A stretch of DNA of 64,000 bases from contig CM114271.1 in assembly GCA_050084515.1 (NCBI GenBank), forward strand, positions 21,266,001 through 21,330,000, given 5' to 3'. Both the position numbers and the translations under genes were made by a program. Each line of letters starts with the position of its first letter. The stretch's first letter is position 1. Shown piece by piece: positions 35,358 through 48,300 of the stretch. Origin of the DNA: Blasia pusilla. Lineage: Eukaryota. The notes beneath the pieces were generated by a model. It was given only the letters and a program-made list of their open reading frames with translations. It was not told where the DNA came from and did not search any database.

Positions 35358-37579
35358 TGAAAGAAGAGCGCGCAAGGCGAAGTCTTGCAAAGGCTCAAAT
35401 GAGGTACGCTAAGCATGCTAACAAGAGTCGGCGCCAAGTACAATTCCAAGTTGGAGAACAAGTGTGGTTGAGTGTAAAGAATCTCACTCTTCCGAAAGAG
35501 TTTTCTGCGAAGCTGTGTGCCAAGTATGCTGGACCGTATATGATTGTGGCAAACCAGTTTGAGGATGTGTATACATTGAGGCTGCCAGACGAGTTCAAGA
35601 TTCACCCGACCTTTCATGTGTCATTGTTGAAGAAATATCTTCAAGATAATGGACGTTTTGCGCGGAGACAGGTGGTGAGACTGCACCCGGTCATCGTAAA
35701 TGAAGAGCCGGAGTTTGAGGTGGAGACCATCTTACGTTCGAGATGTCAGGCCAACAAGTATGAATACTTGGTAAAATGGAAGGGCTACCATGTGAAGGAG
35801 GCGACTTGGATTGCGGAGGCGGATTTGGAACACGCGCAAGACTTGTTGCGTGACTTCAAGCGAACACAAGCGAAGCACATACGTTGGTACGAGAAGAAGC
35901 TAGAGACATGACTTATAACCAGTGGAATCTTGGGCCGAAGGCCGTTGTAACTAGAATATGCTAGTGTTGCAATAAAGGAGTGTATGGATTTGGAGATTCG
36001 ATACCAGTGTTGATTGCAATTTGTATGTGGTTGTGCATGGCTATGAGTCGTTCATCATAGGCTTAGAATGTACGACAAGAGGACAGACAAGGAGTATTTG
36101 AGGTGAGAGCTCGTATGTGGATAAGCACCTAGAACAGGACCTTGTGTTGGATTACACTCAGGCTCGCCCTAGCATCGGCGGGGCAGATGAAGTCTGTCTT
36201 GGGGCTTGGGGTGATCTTACTTGTGGCCACATAAGTAAACTTAGTGACGCGCCTAAGTCGAATACGAGAGCGACCCAATAGTACTACGATTTGTGGACCA
36301 GGTAAAGAGGTGTGATGTTTACAGTAATGAGTCGAAAGAGTCTAAGGTTGCACACTTAGTTAGCCTATTTGATAGGTTAGTTCCTTGGAACTAGTCCAGG
36401 CTTTTCGAAGAGGAGAGGCTAATAATTCTAAGTGGGGCAAAGCGACAACTAGAGACTAAGAGGAATTGCGGGTTAGCCACCAGAACGCAATTCAATGTCA
36501 AGGGGTAGGTTGCCCATGAGAGTTGACATAATAAAGGTTTGCGTTGATGAGGGCATCAACCTCTAAAAGAGGGGTGAGTGTCGCGACCCTCATGACCAAA
36601 CAAGTGCCAAAAGGAACATCGGAACATTAGCGGGCTCACGCTAAGATGGTTTGCGCGTTGGAGTTGTCTCAAAGAGGAGACAAGAGACGTGACGCGAGCG
36701 AGGAGTCGCATTTCAGGTGTTATGGTGGCGACTTAGAAACCTGGACCAAACGCGGAATCAGACTTGAAAGAAGTCGAGTCTAGGAAGTGGGTTGCCAAAG
36801 GGAGGATCCGGATTTGGAACGCCACTAGCGTTTGAGAGTTTCCGACTGTATTTATGGCCATTACTTTTAGCGCCAAGATGCGTTTGGAGCAAATAAGGAT
36901 GTATTGGAAAACTTATGGAGAGCCGGTCCAAACGCACCAAAGATCGCTGCAAACGCATAAGCAGCGGCCGAGATACGACCCGAAAACGATTGTAAGTGGA
37001 GTCGGGTTGAGGGCCACAATGAAGGGCCCGACCCTCTTTCCCCAAAGGGGAGGGGTTATTGGAGAACCCCAGAAGTACTAGTAAGGGGGAAGGTCTCGAG
37101 AGTGCTTGGAACCCAAACCCCACTTTGGGCGCCGAGGGCCGGCTCAAGGGCATGGAACGGAACGCGAGTTTGGGGGTTGGGTTGGAAAACCTGCACCAAG
37201 TCCAGTGAGGCGATTCTAGACATCCCTCTTGGATTCCACCCCGTGACTCAATTACTTGGGTCTCGGTTCGGAACTCACTCGAGGACCGTTGAACAGTTGC
37301 GATCGCTAGGCGCGCAAGTGCCGTTTCAGATCCTTGGACTAACTAGGAAGTCTGTTCCAAGTCTTGAAGGACTTGCCATGTGTTGGAAGCTAGGAACTAA
37401 GGAAGGTTGAGCTTGATGAGACGCCGAGTTGAGGACTCGGTGGGTTGGAACGCCGGTTGGCCAAACCCGACTAACGAGAGTGTGTGTTTGGGTGCAGATC
37501 GGCGATGAGTTCGTGGCCTACTGAACGCACGCTTCCGCAACACTAAAGATTGACGTTCAAGGAGAGTAGGGGCACGACA
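35358..37579 (+). mobile_element. Second chromovirus 3' fragment in opposite orientation: integrase C-terminus/chromodomain (35399-35911), PPT, LTR (36579-37579)
   Basis: Reverse-complement near-copy of 31900-34122, with the same GPY and chromodomain peptide and a few substitutions. Confidence 0.93.
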
Positions 37580-39830
37580 CTTCGTCCTGACACACGTCTC
37601 CACCCGCATTCTCCAAGATTGGCATGATGTTCAATGAATCAGTGGCGTCCGGCTAGTTCATAACATCGGGAGGCATTTTGGCATCGCTTTGCAAAAGAGA
37701 ACTTGCGCCAATATGATCTAAAATAGTCGACGTCCTCAAGTGGGGATCGGCATGAAGGGCAAGAGAATGGCGCTCGCTCAGTTGGCGGTCAATGGCGTTC
37801 TGGAAATGGCGTTCACTTATTTGATAAGCACGAAAAGCATTCTGGCATCGCTCTGCAAGAGAGAAATGGAAAAATCACTCATAGGTATTGATTCAACCTC
37901 TACCATTGATCATCCTAAAGTCCTATATGTTGAAATTTATATTCTGTATCTACGGTTGTCATATTTCTTGACAGACGTCTCCACCCGGATTCTCCAAGAT
38001 TGGCATGATGTTCAATGAATGAGTGGCGTCCGGCCAATTCATTATATCGGAAGGCATTCTGGACATCCTCAAAGGGGGACCAACATGAACGTCCTCAAAG
38101 GGGAACCAGCATCAAGACCAAGACAATGGTGTTCGCTCTGTTGGCGGTCAAGCGCGTTCTGGCAACGGCGTTTGCTTATTTTGATACGAACGAAAAGCAT
38201 TTTGGCATCCCGGCGTTCGCTCAGTTGGCGGTCAAGCGCGTTCTGGCAACGGCGTTTGCTTATTTTGATACGAACGAAAAGCATTTTGGCATCCCGGCGT
38301 TCGCTCAGTTGGCGGTCAAGAGCGTTCTAGCAATGGCGTTCGCTTATTTGATAAGAACGAAAAGCATTCTGGCATCGCTCCGCAAGAGAGAAATGGAAAA
38401 ATCACGCGTAGGTATTGATTCAGCCTCTACCATTGATCATCCTAAACTCCTACATGTTGAAATGTATATTCTAAACATACGGTTGTCATGTTTCTTGACA
38501 GACGTCTCCACCCGGATTCTCCAAGATTGGCATGATGTTCAATGAATCAGTGGCGTCCGGCCAGTTCATTACATCGGAAGGCATTCTGCCATCGCTCTAC
38601 AAACGAGAAATCGCGCCAATACGATCTACAACGGTGGACATCCTCAAGGGGGGACCAGCATGAAGAGCAAGACAATGGCGTTTGCTCAGTTGGCGGTCAA
38701 GCGCGTTCTAGCAATGGCGTTCGCTTATTTGATAAGAATGAAAAGCATTCTAGCATTGCTCCGCAAGAGAGAAATGGAAAAATCACGCGTAGGTATTGAT
38801 TCAGCCTCTACCATTGATCATCCTAAACTCCTACATGTTGAAATGTATATTCTATACATACGGTTGTCATGTTTCTTGACAGACGCCTCCACCCGGATTC
38901 TCCAAGATTGGCATGATGTTCAATGAATCAGTGGCGTCCGGCCAGTTCATTACATCGGAAGGCATTCTGCCATCGCTCTACAAACGAGAAATCGCGCCAA
39001 TACGATCTACAACGGTGGACATCCTCAAGGGGGGACCAGCATGAAGAGCAAGACAATGGCGTTTGCTCAGTTGGCGGTCAAGCGCGTTCTAGCAATGGCG
39101 TTCGCTTATTTGATAAGAATGAAAAGCATTCTAGCATTGCTCCGCAAGAGAGAAATGGAAAAATCACGCGTAGGTATTGATTCAGCCTCTACCATTGATC
39201 ATCCTAAACTCCTACATGTTGAAATGTATATTCTAAACATACGGTTGTCATGTTTCTTGACAGACGCCTCCACCCGGATTCTCCAAGATTGGCATGATGT
39301 TCAATGAATCAGTGGCGTCCGGCCAGTTCATTACATCGGAAGGCATTCTGCCATCGCTCTACAAACGAGAAATCGCGCCAATACGATCTACAACGGTGGA
39401 CATCCTCAAGGGGGGACCAGCATGAAGAGCAAGACAATGGGGTCGCAATAAGTCCACAAAGGCAAGCATATACATTTGCCACAAATAGTGGAGTCACGAA
39501 ATGCTTTGGAGGACACATTGATGATACAGATAGCTCTTGATTCAGAATCTATAGTTGAGGCCTCTACCATTGAATCATCAATCATCTTAAACTCCTACAT
39601 ATTGAAATATTTATTCTAGATAAATAACTTTCACATTTCTTGACATACATCTCTACCAGGATTCTCAAAGATTACCATGTTGTTCAATGAATCAATGGCG
39701 TTCGCTCAGTTGATTAGATCGAAAAGCATTCTGGCATCGCTCCACAAGAGAGAAATTGCGCTTGCACCAATACGATCCACAATAGTGGATGGCCTCAAGG
39801 GGGAAGCAACATGAAGATCAAGACAAAGGG
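37580..39830. repeat. 381-bp tandem array, ~5.5 units, one unit with an internal 75-bp expansion
   Basis: Marker tcaatgaat(c/g)agtggcg at ~37631, 38012, 38539, 38920, 39301 and 39684. ggcgttcgctcagttggcggtcaag subrepeats at 38130-38340. Confidence 0.95.
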
Positions 39831-42317
39831 GTGGCAATGAGCGCAGTTTTGCGCCCACGGAGATTTCTTCAATCAAGAAGTACTTCAGGGAACACGTAGC
39901 CTCTACCATTGGAGCAACCACAAAAATCCAACAACTTTTCCTTTGGTGGAGATTACTCACACAAAGAAAACACGATGGAACATAGATCACAGCAAGGGCT
40001 CTGTGTAAATTTGCAGTAGCAGCATGAATAACGCTCCGCGCAGCTCCTGTCCAGCCTCCGCACCCAAGGTCCCCTTGCACTCTGCTTGCCTGGGCCACCC
40101 TCCGCTCCGTTTATATGCTCAGAATTTGAAATTCAAATTCCATATGGCCTTGCCATCTATGTCAATGGGCGGGCTATGGGATTAAAAAATTCATGCCATA
40201 CCATGAGCATGAAATAACCCCCAACTCGTGCGCATATCCGAACCCAAGTAATAGCGGAGCGGGCGGACGGGAAAGAGGCGCCGGGAAAATGTTTCGCATC
40301 CTTCCTATTCTGGCACGGCCAAAGGACTCCTTTCTGACCCGGGCGTGCTCACGGGTCACGAAAGAGCAATTAATGCTCTGTATTCTTTCTCTATTGCCAG
40401 GCCCTTAACTCCGTCCTAGGCACGCGGCCCTATGCAGGGCCTCCTTGCCTTGCTTGAGTTTTCACCGGCCATTCTACTCGCGTTCTCGGCCTACACGACC
40501 CGTTGCCCTGCCAACTCACTCTCCCATTCCACAAGTTTGCTTCTACCGCCACTTGCGAAAGCCGCGTTAGCACTATGTGGGTCCTATCCACGGCCTAAGT
40601 GACCTAACCTAGCCCAAGCGCTTCCCATCTTTATTTGATAGCCCCCCTTGGCTGCAAGCCCTAATGTTGCTCTACCTTTTTCTCTCCTTCTCGACACTCT
40701 CGTTCGCTTACACCATACGCCACACTTTCCGCTATACTCTACCGTTCTCTCTCGTCAATCTGCACTAGCGAAATCTACGAAAAATGGACAACGCTTCCGC
40801 GCACGGTCTTTCGAATGAAAAAATCACAATAAAATGCAACGCGCGCGTCTCCAATGGCTTCCCAACCGAGGCAACTCGCTTGCCTACCTACAACCAACGA
40901 ATTCCCCCTTGCTCCCTATCATCTTTCTCATGTTAAAATAGAGTAGTAAAAATGGCTCACCCGGCCTAAAACTCCACTCATGAATCTACATCGACATATT
41001 GAACCACATCCACCCTATACTATGAGGGAATCCGGATGCTAGCACCCTAACTCCTACACACCCACACACGTCTATACAAGAGAGGTGCTCTTAAGGCTCA
41101 ACATGAGAAAGATGGCTTGGGAAAGCCATCTTCCTCATTCTTATACCCTTGGGAAAGCCATCTTCATGTGAGATGGCTTTTTGGGAGAAGAGCCTTTTGG
41201 CCGAAAAGGCTCTTCCCCCAAAAATAGCCCTACCAACGATAATTTGCGTGCAAAGGTTACCACGTGACGGTTGATTTGGTCAAGGGATCACCTGCCGGAG
41301 TAAAAACAAATAGAAAAATTGCCATAAATGACATTCCCAACACAACAAACTTGTCGCCAATCTCATCCGACATCTCGGGACGAAGTTACACCCAAACATC
41401 CCGTTGACTCTCTATGCCGTCGACACGATAGAACTCTATCTACGTCAAACTAAGAGGTGACAAATCGGATTAACTATTATGGCTACAAAATTATACTTGG
41501 GTGATAAAATTTTTTGAATTATTATGACTGTAAGCAATTATTACTTTCAATTGGTACTTTGTCAAAAAGCATCATAATGATTGGAGGTAGTACCAAATTT
41601 AAATATTTTCATTGCTAGAAAAAGTTAGGTAAAGTAACTACGCTTAATAGTTCACGAACTTATTTTGGATAGGCACTTTTTGAGATGTTCATGTGATATG
41701 GTAGAAGTGATATGTTGTAGGACACTTAAGCTTTTAGAGTTGTTTCTAGAATTCTTGTTTTCCTCAAAATTTTCATTTTTAGGGTTAAAAAATTGGGACA
41801 TCGGGTGTGGGTATGGATTTTGAGGAAAAAAAGTCAATTTTGAGGGAAGTTTCTAGCCAAAATTTCCCCAAAAATCTAGGTTAAAAAAAGGTTTTAAGGG
41901 ATAGAAAGTATTTTTTATTTAGTATATTTTCAAAAATAATTCTTATTTATTGGCCAAATGATTGTGTTGGTAGGATCCGATATTAATATTAATGAAAGGA
42001 GAGCATCGTATTGGTTGGTGGATACGAAATTAAACATCCACTCAAGATTTTTCCAATGATTCAAAATTAACTCCATAAAAAATAACACGATGCAATGAAA
42101 TGACTTTGTTGGCATCACTAGAGCTATTTGTAAAGCTGAAAAGGTTACATTCACTGACCAAAAGTTGCTAAACTAGCAAGAAACGTCTTTGGAATCCTGA
42201 AGAGGTTGAACATATATTGTAGTGAAGGGTTTGTTGGTTGGTAATTGGAAGCTCCGTATGAGTATCTTTCATGCCAACTACTCACAAAGTGTGAATGATC
42301 TCCCTCAACTCCTATGG

Positions 42318-43592
42318 TTTCGTATAGTAAAATCATCCACTATGTAAACTCCTCTCTCATTAAGTGTTAGAGGGAGTTATATTAGTATTAAGTAAATTAG
42401 CTTAGAAAAATGAAATTTACATGTTTAAATCTCTTTAGGGTGGCTCATTTGTGCGGGATCAACTTTAGGAAAAGAGGTAATAAATAAGACACGAGAGTAT
42501 AAAAGTAAAGTAGTGAGGTTGGTGTATTAATAAAAGACAAACAGAAGCAGTCTTGGATGATGGCTAGGGTAGTTGGGATAGTTTCAAGGATATGAAATGA
42601 GTTGATGAGGATATTTTGGAGGAGATAATATGTAATCTATTTAAGTCAAAATGGGATTGGCTAAGCCTTGAGAGGAAACCATGTGAAACAAGATAAGATT
42701 AGCCATATTTTGTACTCTTGTGAATCCCTTAAGAGTATATAAAAAGAAGGGACCTTCAAGGGTTCATCACCTTGTACTTAATTTCTCGAGTCTCCTTTGT
42801 TGCTCTTGAGTGGATGAAATTGACTTGCTTGCTCTTCCAATGAGAATGGATTATCCCTCTTGGGAGAGTGATTTGGTTGAGTTCTATTCTTCGAGAGTTT
42901 CAAGAGTCTGACAGCGGATTGTTATTTGGGAAGATTTATGTCTTAGTGGAGTTTTATCATATTAGGAATAGTGAATGATTTTGGCTTGTTATTTTCCCAA
43001 TGAGAGTGGATTACCCCTCTTGGGAGAGCAACTCCGCCAAAATCCATTCTTGAAGAGAGTAGAGGATGTCCGTTAAGTATGGATAGGGATGGAGCACTTG
43101 TTGTACTCGATTTTCCTTTCCTTAATCTGTACCACGTCAAGGTTATCTTTGTAGATAAGTACTGATTTACTTGCTATCTAGCCACTTTGGGAAGACATTC
43201 ATGAACCAAATCATGCAATCCCCAACTCGAATGATTTTTTTATTGTCACGTATGGAAGGACATGGGATTATACTTTGTATATCCTTATATAGCAATGTAT
43301 GGATGTTAATAGGCTTGCTCAAGTAGGATTTAACACTAGTTATGCTATTTTTCTTGTGTACAAGCGTAAAATAGTTTATATGAATTTTTAGTTAGGATAT
43401 CGGGTTCGATGTTATGAAAAAGTGATTGTCTCGACATAACCATTCGTGATTCCTATCGTGAGAGAATGGAGAGTGTATATAATAATTCTATACTGAAAAA
43501 GTAGAACTTCTTAAGGAGTTCACCTTGCATCAACCACGTCTGCCGCAATTAAAAAGTCCACCCTTACTCGAAGAAAAGTTCTCGACACGACA
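42318..43592. repeat. Second, more diverged copy of the solo-LTR-like element at 4603-5840
   Basis: Colinear from tcgtata.taaaatca to cccttactcgaagaaa...cgacacgaca. Flanks ATGG/ACGA are compatible with a decayed 4-bp TSD. Confidence 0.85.
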
Positions 43593-45354
43593 ACGATACC
43601 TTCTTCATTGCTTCCTCCCTCTACAACCAAGCCCCTACTCCAAGATGCGGGTTCTATTATTGCAAGGAAAAAATAGATAATACGTAATGAGTGTAGCTTT
43701 CTCCATTAGCATGCTAAGAAATGAATGCTTAATGGGCATAGTTTACTCCAAGAGCTCTCGACAAAGTGGATAGGTTGGGATATATCATGGCAACTTGAAA
43801 GTAGGGTATTCCAATTGTTGAGCCTCAAAGTTGCACTATAGAGTAGGATTGGAAAACCCACTAGTTTATTGGATCAAGATCTTTGACATATGCTCATGAA
43901 ACGAGTAAAAAATGAGCAAGTCATAGGAGTCTTCCAATGATGGGATCTTGGTAGTCTTCTTTACTTTCTCTCCTTTCTAGTGCTAAGACCTCAAGCCTAT
44001 TAAGCAATCGTTGCTTTACGATAATGTCAAATGTGAATAGAGACAATTAGGATCTTCTCTTTTTCCCACGCCCACCCCTCACCCACACTAAAACCACTCT
44101 TGGCAATTTGCCATTCCAATCGTTCAGCCTCAAAGTTGCACTACTTATGCATGAACCTCGCTAGTTTGGGAACTTTCGAGTGGATAGGGAAGAAGAACAA
44201 TTGATGGACAACGCTAGTTCTTGTGGGTTTGCTCGCTTCATTAGAGGGAGGAATTACAGTAAGTCTTAGATTTTTTAGTCCATCGGAAGCCTAGCTGGCC
44301 TGTGTGACCCCTTCCATATATGTAACCACTGCTATTGCCTCCAACGCGCACCTTCACATGCAGATTTCAAGTCTTTACGTCCGTAGTTCCCACGTACCAG
44401 ATTTGTTTTTTCAATAAAGGTTTGGATCTTTTCCAAATAGTAGTATGAAAGAGGTCCTCTCCATATTGAGAGGCATTCATGATTGGTGTCCCCTATTGGA
44501 GGTCATCCATGACCTAGGGAGGGGACACCACGGTTGAGGAGGCCCCGATGTCCACATAGGGGAGAATTGAAGAGAGGATATATGAGTTCAACTACGGATG
44601 AGAGGAGAGGGGATGAAAGGGGTGTGGGTTCACTATTGAATGGTGAGTGGAAGCGAGAAGATAGACTTTGTGCGACAGTTTAGTTTAACAGATCCGTGGA
44701 GGTTGAAACCGACCGGTTGCATCGCACTGTAAGCAAAGACTGAGGCCCTTCCCGCTCTTTCCCCGGAATGATTCATGCCCCTGGTGATCCTCAGGGTCAT
44801 CATTATCCTCCCCCACCGATTTTGTTCTTGCATTTCTGGTTTGGATCTCTCATGCTGGGTCCCTGAGTTCGTGGTCATGCTGCAGTAGTGGATCCATGAA
44901 GGGCATCGCTTCGTGAGACTGATCGACTGAGTTCAACCCCAGGTGAAGCACGCCTTTAAGGATGGAAGAGTTTCTCTTCTCCTTCTGATTAGCCTACTAC
45001 CACTACCCTAACCTCTGCTCGACTCCATCGCTGATGATCTGATTCCCTTGCTGTTCTCAACATCTTGATATGAGATATGGCCCCGATTGCAGAGAATATA
45101 AGACATGTTTCTTCTCACTTCCCCTTCCCAGGGGGTGTGTGAGAGTGGGGTTCTTCTCATTGAAGGCAGCGACAGGAGGACCCACCTCTGGAGGTCTCGA
45201 GTGAGGAGAGGGATGTCACAGTCTTGTTCGTCTCTCTGCGTCAGCCCAATTCCCAGAACTCCGTAGTCCTGCTGCTGCTCCGTGGGGAGCGATTTTGTCT
45301 GGCTTCGATCGCCACAGCTCTATGTAGTGGCCAGAGACTCAGGTTAACAACATC

Positions 45355-48300
45355 ATGGCGCAGGCTCAGGCACAAGAGGCTTCCAGTGCACCCCTGATAG
45401 CCAAACTGGAAGCATGGGGTTATGAAGACAAAGCATCACTTCCTCTGGCTTCCATCATTAGAAAGCTAGATCCACAATCTTTAGTTCTCGTCGAGAGGTT
45501 GTCCAACGATCTAACTCATATGAATGAAATTTGTTATGATCTGCGGAGCCAAGTTGCAAGCGTCACAGACATTCTCAAGCAAGAAAGACTCAAGCTTGAA
45601 AAACTCACCTCAGAGAATCAGACGCTCGTGAAGGAAACCACTGCGTTGAGGAGGGACCTGCAGGAGCTCAGAAAAGCCAATTCCAATGGACTTGAGAAAG
45701 AAGTTGTTGACGAAGAGCAGGTACAACAATGGCGAGCTCAAAGCATGCACCAACTCCAGGCAAGGCCGCTTAAATCTCATCAAACCTAACAACAGTGCAA
45801 CCTCTTCGACTGATCGAGCAAAGGAATTTGCCAAATTAAATGAACGATATTGTGACAGGAAAGTAAAACTAGTGTTACAAAATTTTCAACAACTTGCAAA
45901 ACTCTCTGAGCCGCCTCGTCTGTCTGATCCCATCAAGGTACAAAAGGCCACTTGGGGTTAAACATGGTTCCGAAGTGAGAGTAGCAGAACTAGTCACTGA
46001 AAGAGAATCACATCTAAGATGTCACCAAAAGTCGAGTCTTCCTAGCCACCTGAGACTTTGGAATCGGATGTTTCTTAAGCTTCCTCAGTGTTGAACTAGC
46101 CCACATTCTCAACAGCTAATGAAATAGTGCAGACTGACGTCGAAGGACCAATGTCAAGGTCATGAAAAGCATGGCATGCCAAACTACTCCTGCCATTAAC
46201 AACTTTGATGAATCCTTGAGATATTTCTGCTTCGGAAAAAATTTATAGATCAGACATAAGGGACATCTATGTGTAATACGCTTTGACGTCATGAAGTCAG
46301 TCAAATAGTGTTGTGAGTTCAGTAACCCACAGACGCGCTCTCGTCACCTCTACTTCTAGGTCGTCTGAGTTTTAAGCTATTTTGAAGAAACTTCCTGCAA
46401 AGTCCACTGCTGCTCTCGCCAACACATGGGCCAGACTGGTTTCAAAGTGGTCTTATTTCAGTGCTTTCAAAGACGACTTGGAAGCAGCAATTTTCTTCTT
46501 TCTTTAGGCATCGTGTTGCGAAGAAAATGTCCTCGTAGCAGGAATTTGCTCTGGGCAACACAAATTTTCTATAGATAGATAATTGCCTGGCCTGGTAGTT
46601 AAAGAACGGTACCACTGGCACTGGTCAAGTTCTGCCTTTCAAAACCATTCAAAGATGATGTCCTTCACAGGCGCTGCGTAGCTTCTTAGGCTACTGTAAT
46701 CTCGATCTGAAATCGGCTTTTCAAATGCCTATGATTTGCATATTCGAATCACATTTTTACTGCTAGACAGCCTATGCGAGCTTCTTGAAAGCAAAAAGGT
46801 TGTCAATAGCTTCAGAGGTTCTACTTACATTGGCTATAGGTTTCCACTTCACCAAATAGTTTCCATTTCCAGAATCTTTACGACTGTGAACATCCACTGA
46901 CTACCTACGGCTGATGATTCCCATGGGCTGCTCCCACGCTGAATCACAATTCCAACCTGATTTTGCGACTGCAGGAGCTGGAAATTATGAATCAGGCCCT
47001 TCGCTCAACGCTTAATCTCCATTCCTGCTGTGCCCCTCCTGGTGTGTCCATGACATTCTTGCCTGTTCAGTCGTTTATCAGTGGCTTGTAGGTTTCTAGC
47101 TCATAGTTGCTGGCAGAGAATCTCTCTTTGATGGTACGTAATTGCTTGCGAGGAAGAAAAAAGCACCAGTCCACAAAGATTGACATCATGAGCGCTTCGT
47201 TCTGTAGGGTCTTTTGTCTTTCTTTCCCATACGCTTTACGTAATAGACACAATCATGCACTACACATCCTTGTAAATCAAAGCTAATCTATAATTGTGAT
47301 AATGGCTATCCCCAGAAAGCAATGACGTTACAGCCAACCAGCCAAACAGTTCTTCCCCACATATAGCACTATCAGGAGTACTAGGTATGCAGCTTCATCA
47401 GAAAAGAACGGTAGGACTAGATAATTAGCTAGGCATCATTCTAGGCTATAACGATCTTGATGTTTTCCTCCTAGTGATGGAACTCCTGTGTAGTATTTAC
47501 GAAAGATGAAGCTTATAATCTTCTCTGGTTCCTGTTTGGCTCTCTCTTTTTATATGTTTTATGACAGCCCCAAGAAGCACTACCCCACCCAATCTGAAAG
47601 CAAGACCAAAAGCGAGCAAACCAAAGGCGATAAAATTGCTGAAGTAAGTGTCATCTTCTTTGTAAAAGTGGACAATAGTGCACGTATGTGCATAAAGGAA
47701 CGAATTAACTAATTTTTTTGTCCGGGCAGCGAGATGCTAGATATTCTACCATAGCAGCTGTAAAAACTTGGCTACTTGAACCCGATTCTTCCTAGACATG
47801 AAAGCATTTGTAGAACAGTCCTAATCCTCAGAGAAACTGCATCGGAAAGGTAGGGCTCTTCGTTATCAGTGGCGTCCAAACTCCAGTGTTTACATGAATG
47901 GATAACAGATGAAATCTCTGACATGGAATACTGACTTCTTAGGTGATAGAAAAATAATTCGTTTTGTCGTTCACGCAAGCTCCATGACCGACTGCTTGGA
48001 ACTTCACACCTCGTCCAGAAGAGGTATCTGAGATCAGATTGGCCTGTGTGCCAGTGTTGCAGAGATGAAGTGTAAGCTGTTACAGGAAGAACTGCAGCTG
48101 TGGAAGGAGAGACATGCAGCTCTTGAGCAGAAAATGCAAGCTGCCCAGGTAGAAACAGTTACGTATGCCCTTCTCTATCTGAGTTCTATGTTGGAAAGGT
48201 TTAGACTGATAGTGGGCGACACGTGATGGCTAATTTGTTCACTCTACCTTATAGCTGAAATCAACCATAGACTGCGATGCCCTGTTGTATTGACCTTCCA

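Noticed and set aside
37740-39540. Repeated ORFs (e.g. MKSKTMAFAQLAVKR..., MNQWRPASSL...) as a tandem gene cluster or CRISPR-like array
   Set aside because: They are by-products of a 381-bp tandem repeat. There are no unique spacers, no recognisable domain, and stops occur in every unit.
13340-40200. Terminal inverted repeats and a 9-bp TSD for the proposed large MULE element
   Set aside because: Searched by eye near 13.35-13.5 kb and 39.8-40.2 kb and found no convincing pair, so boundaries are not called.
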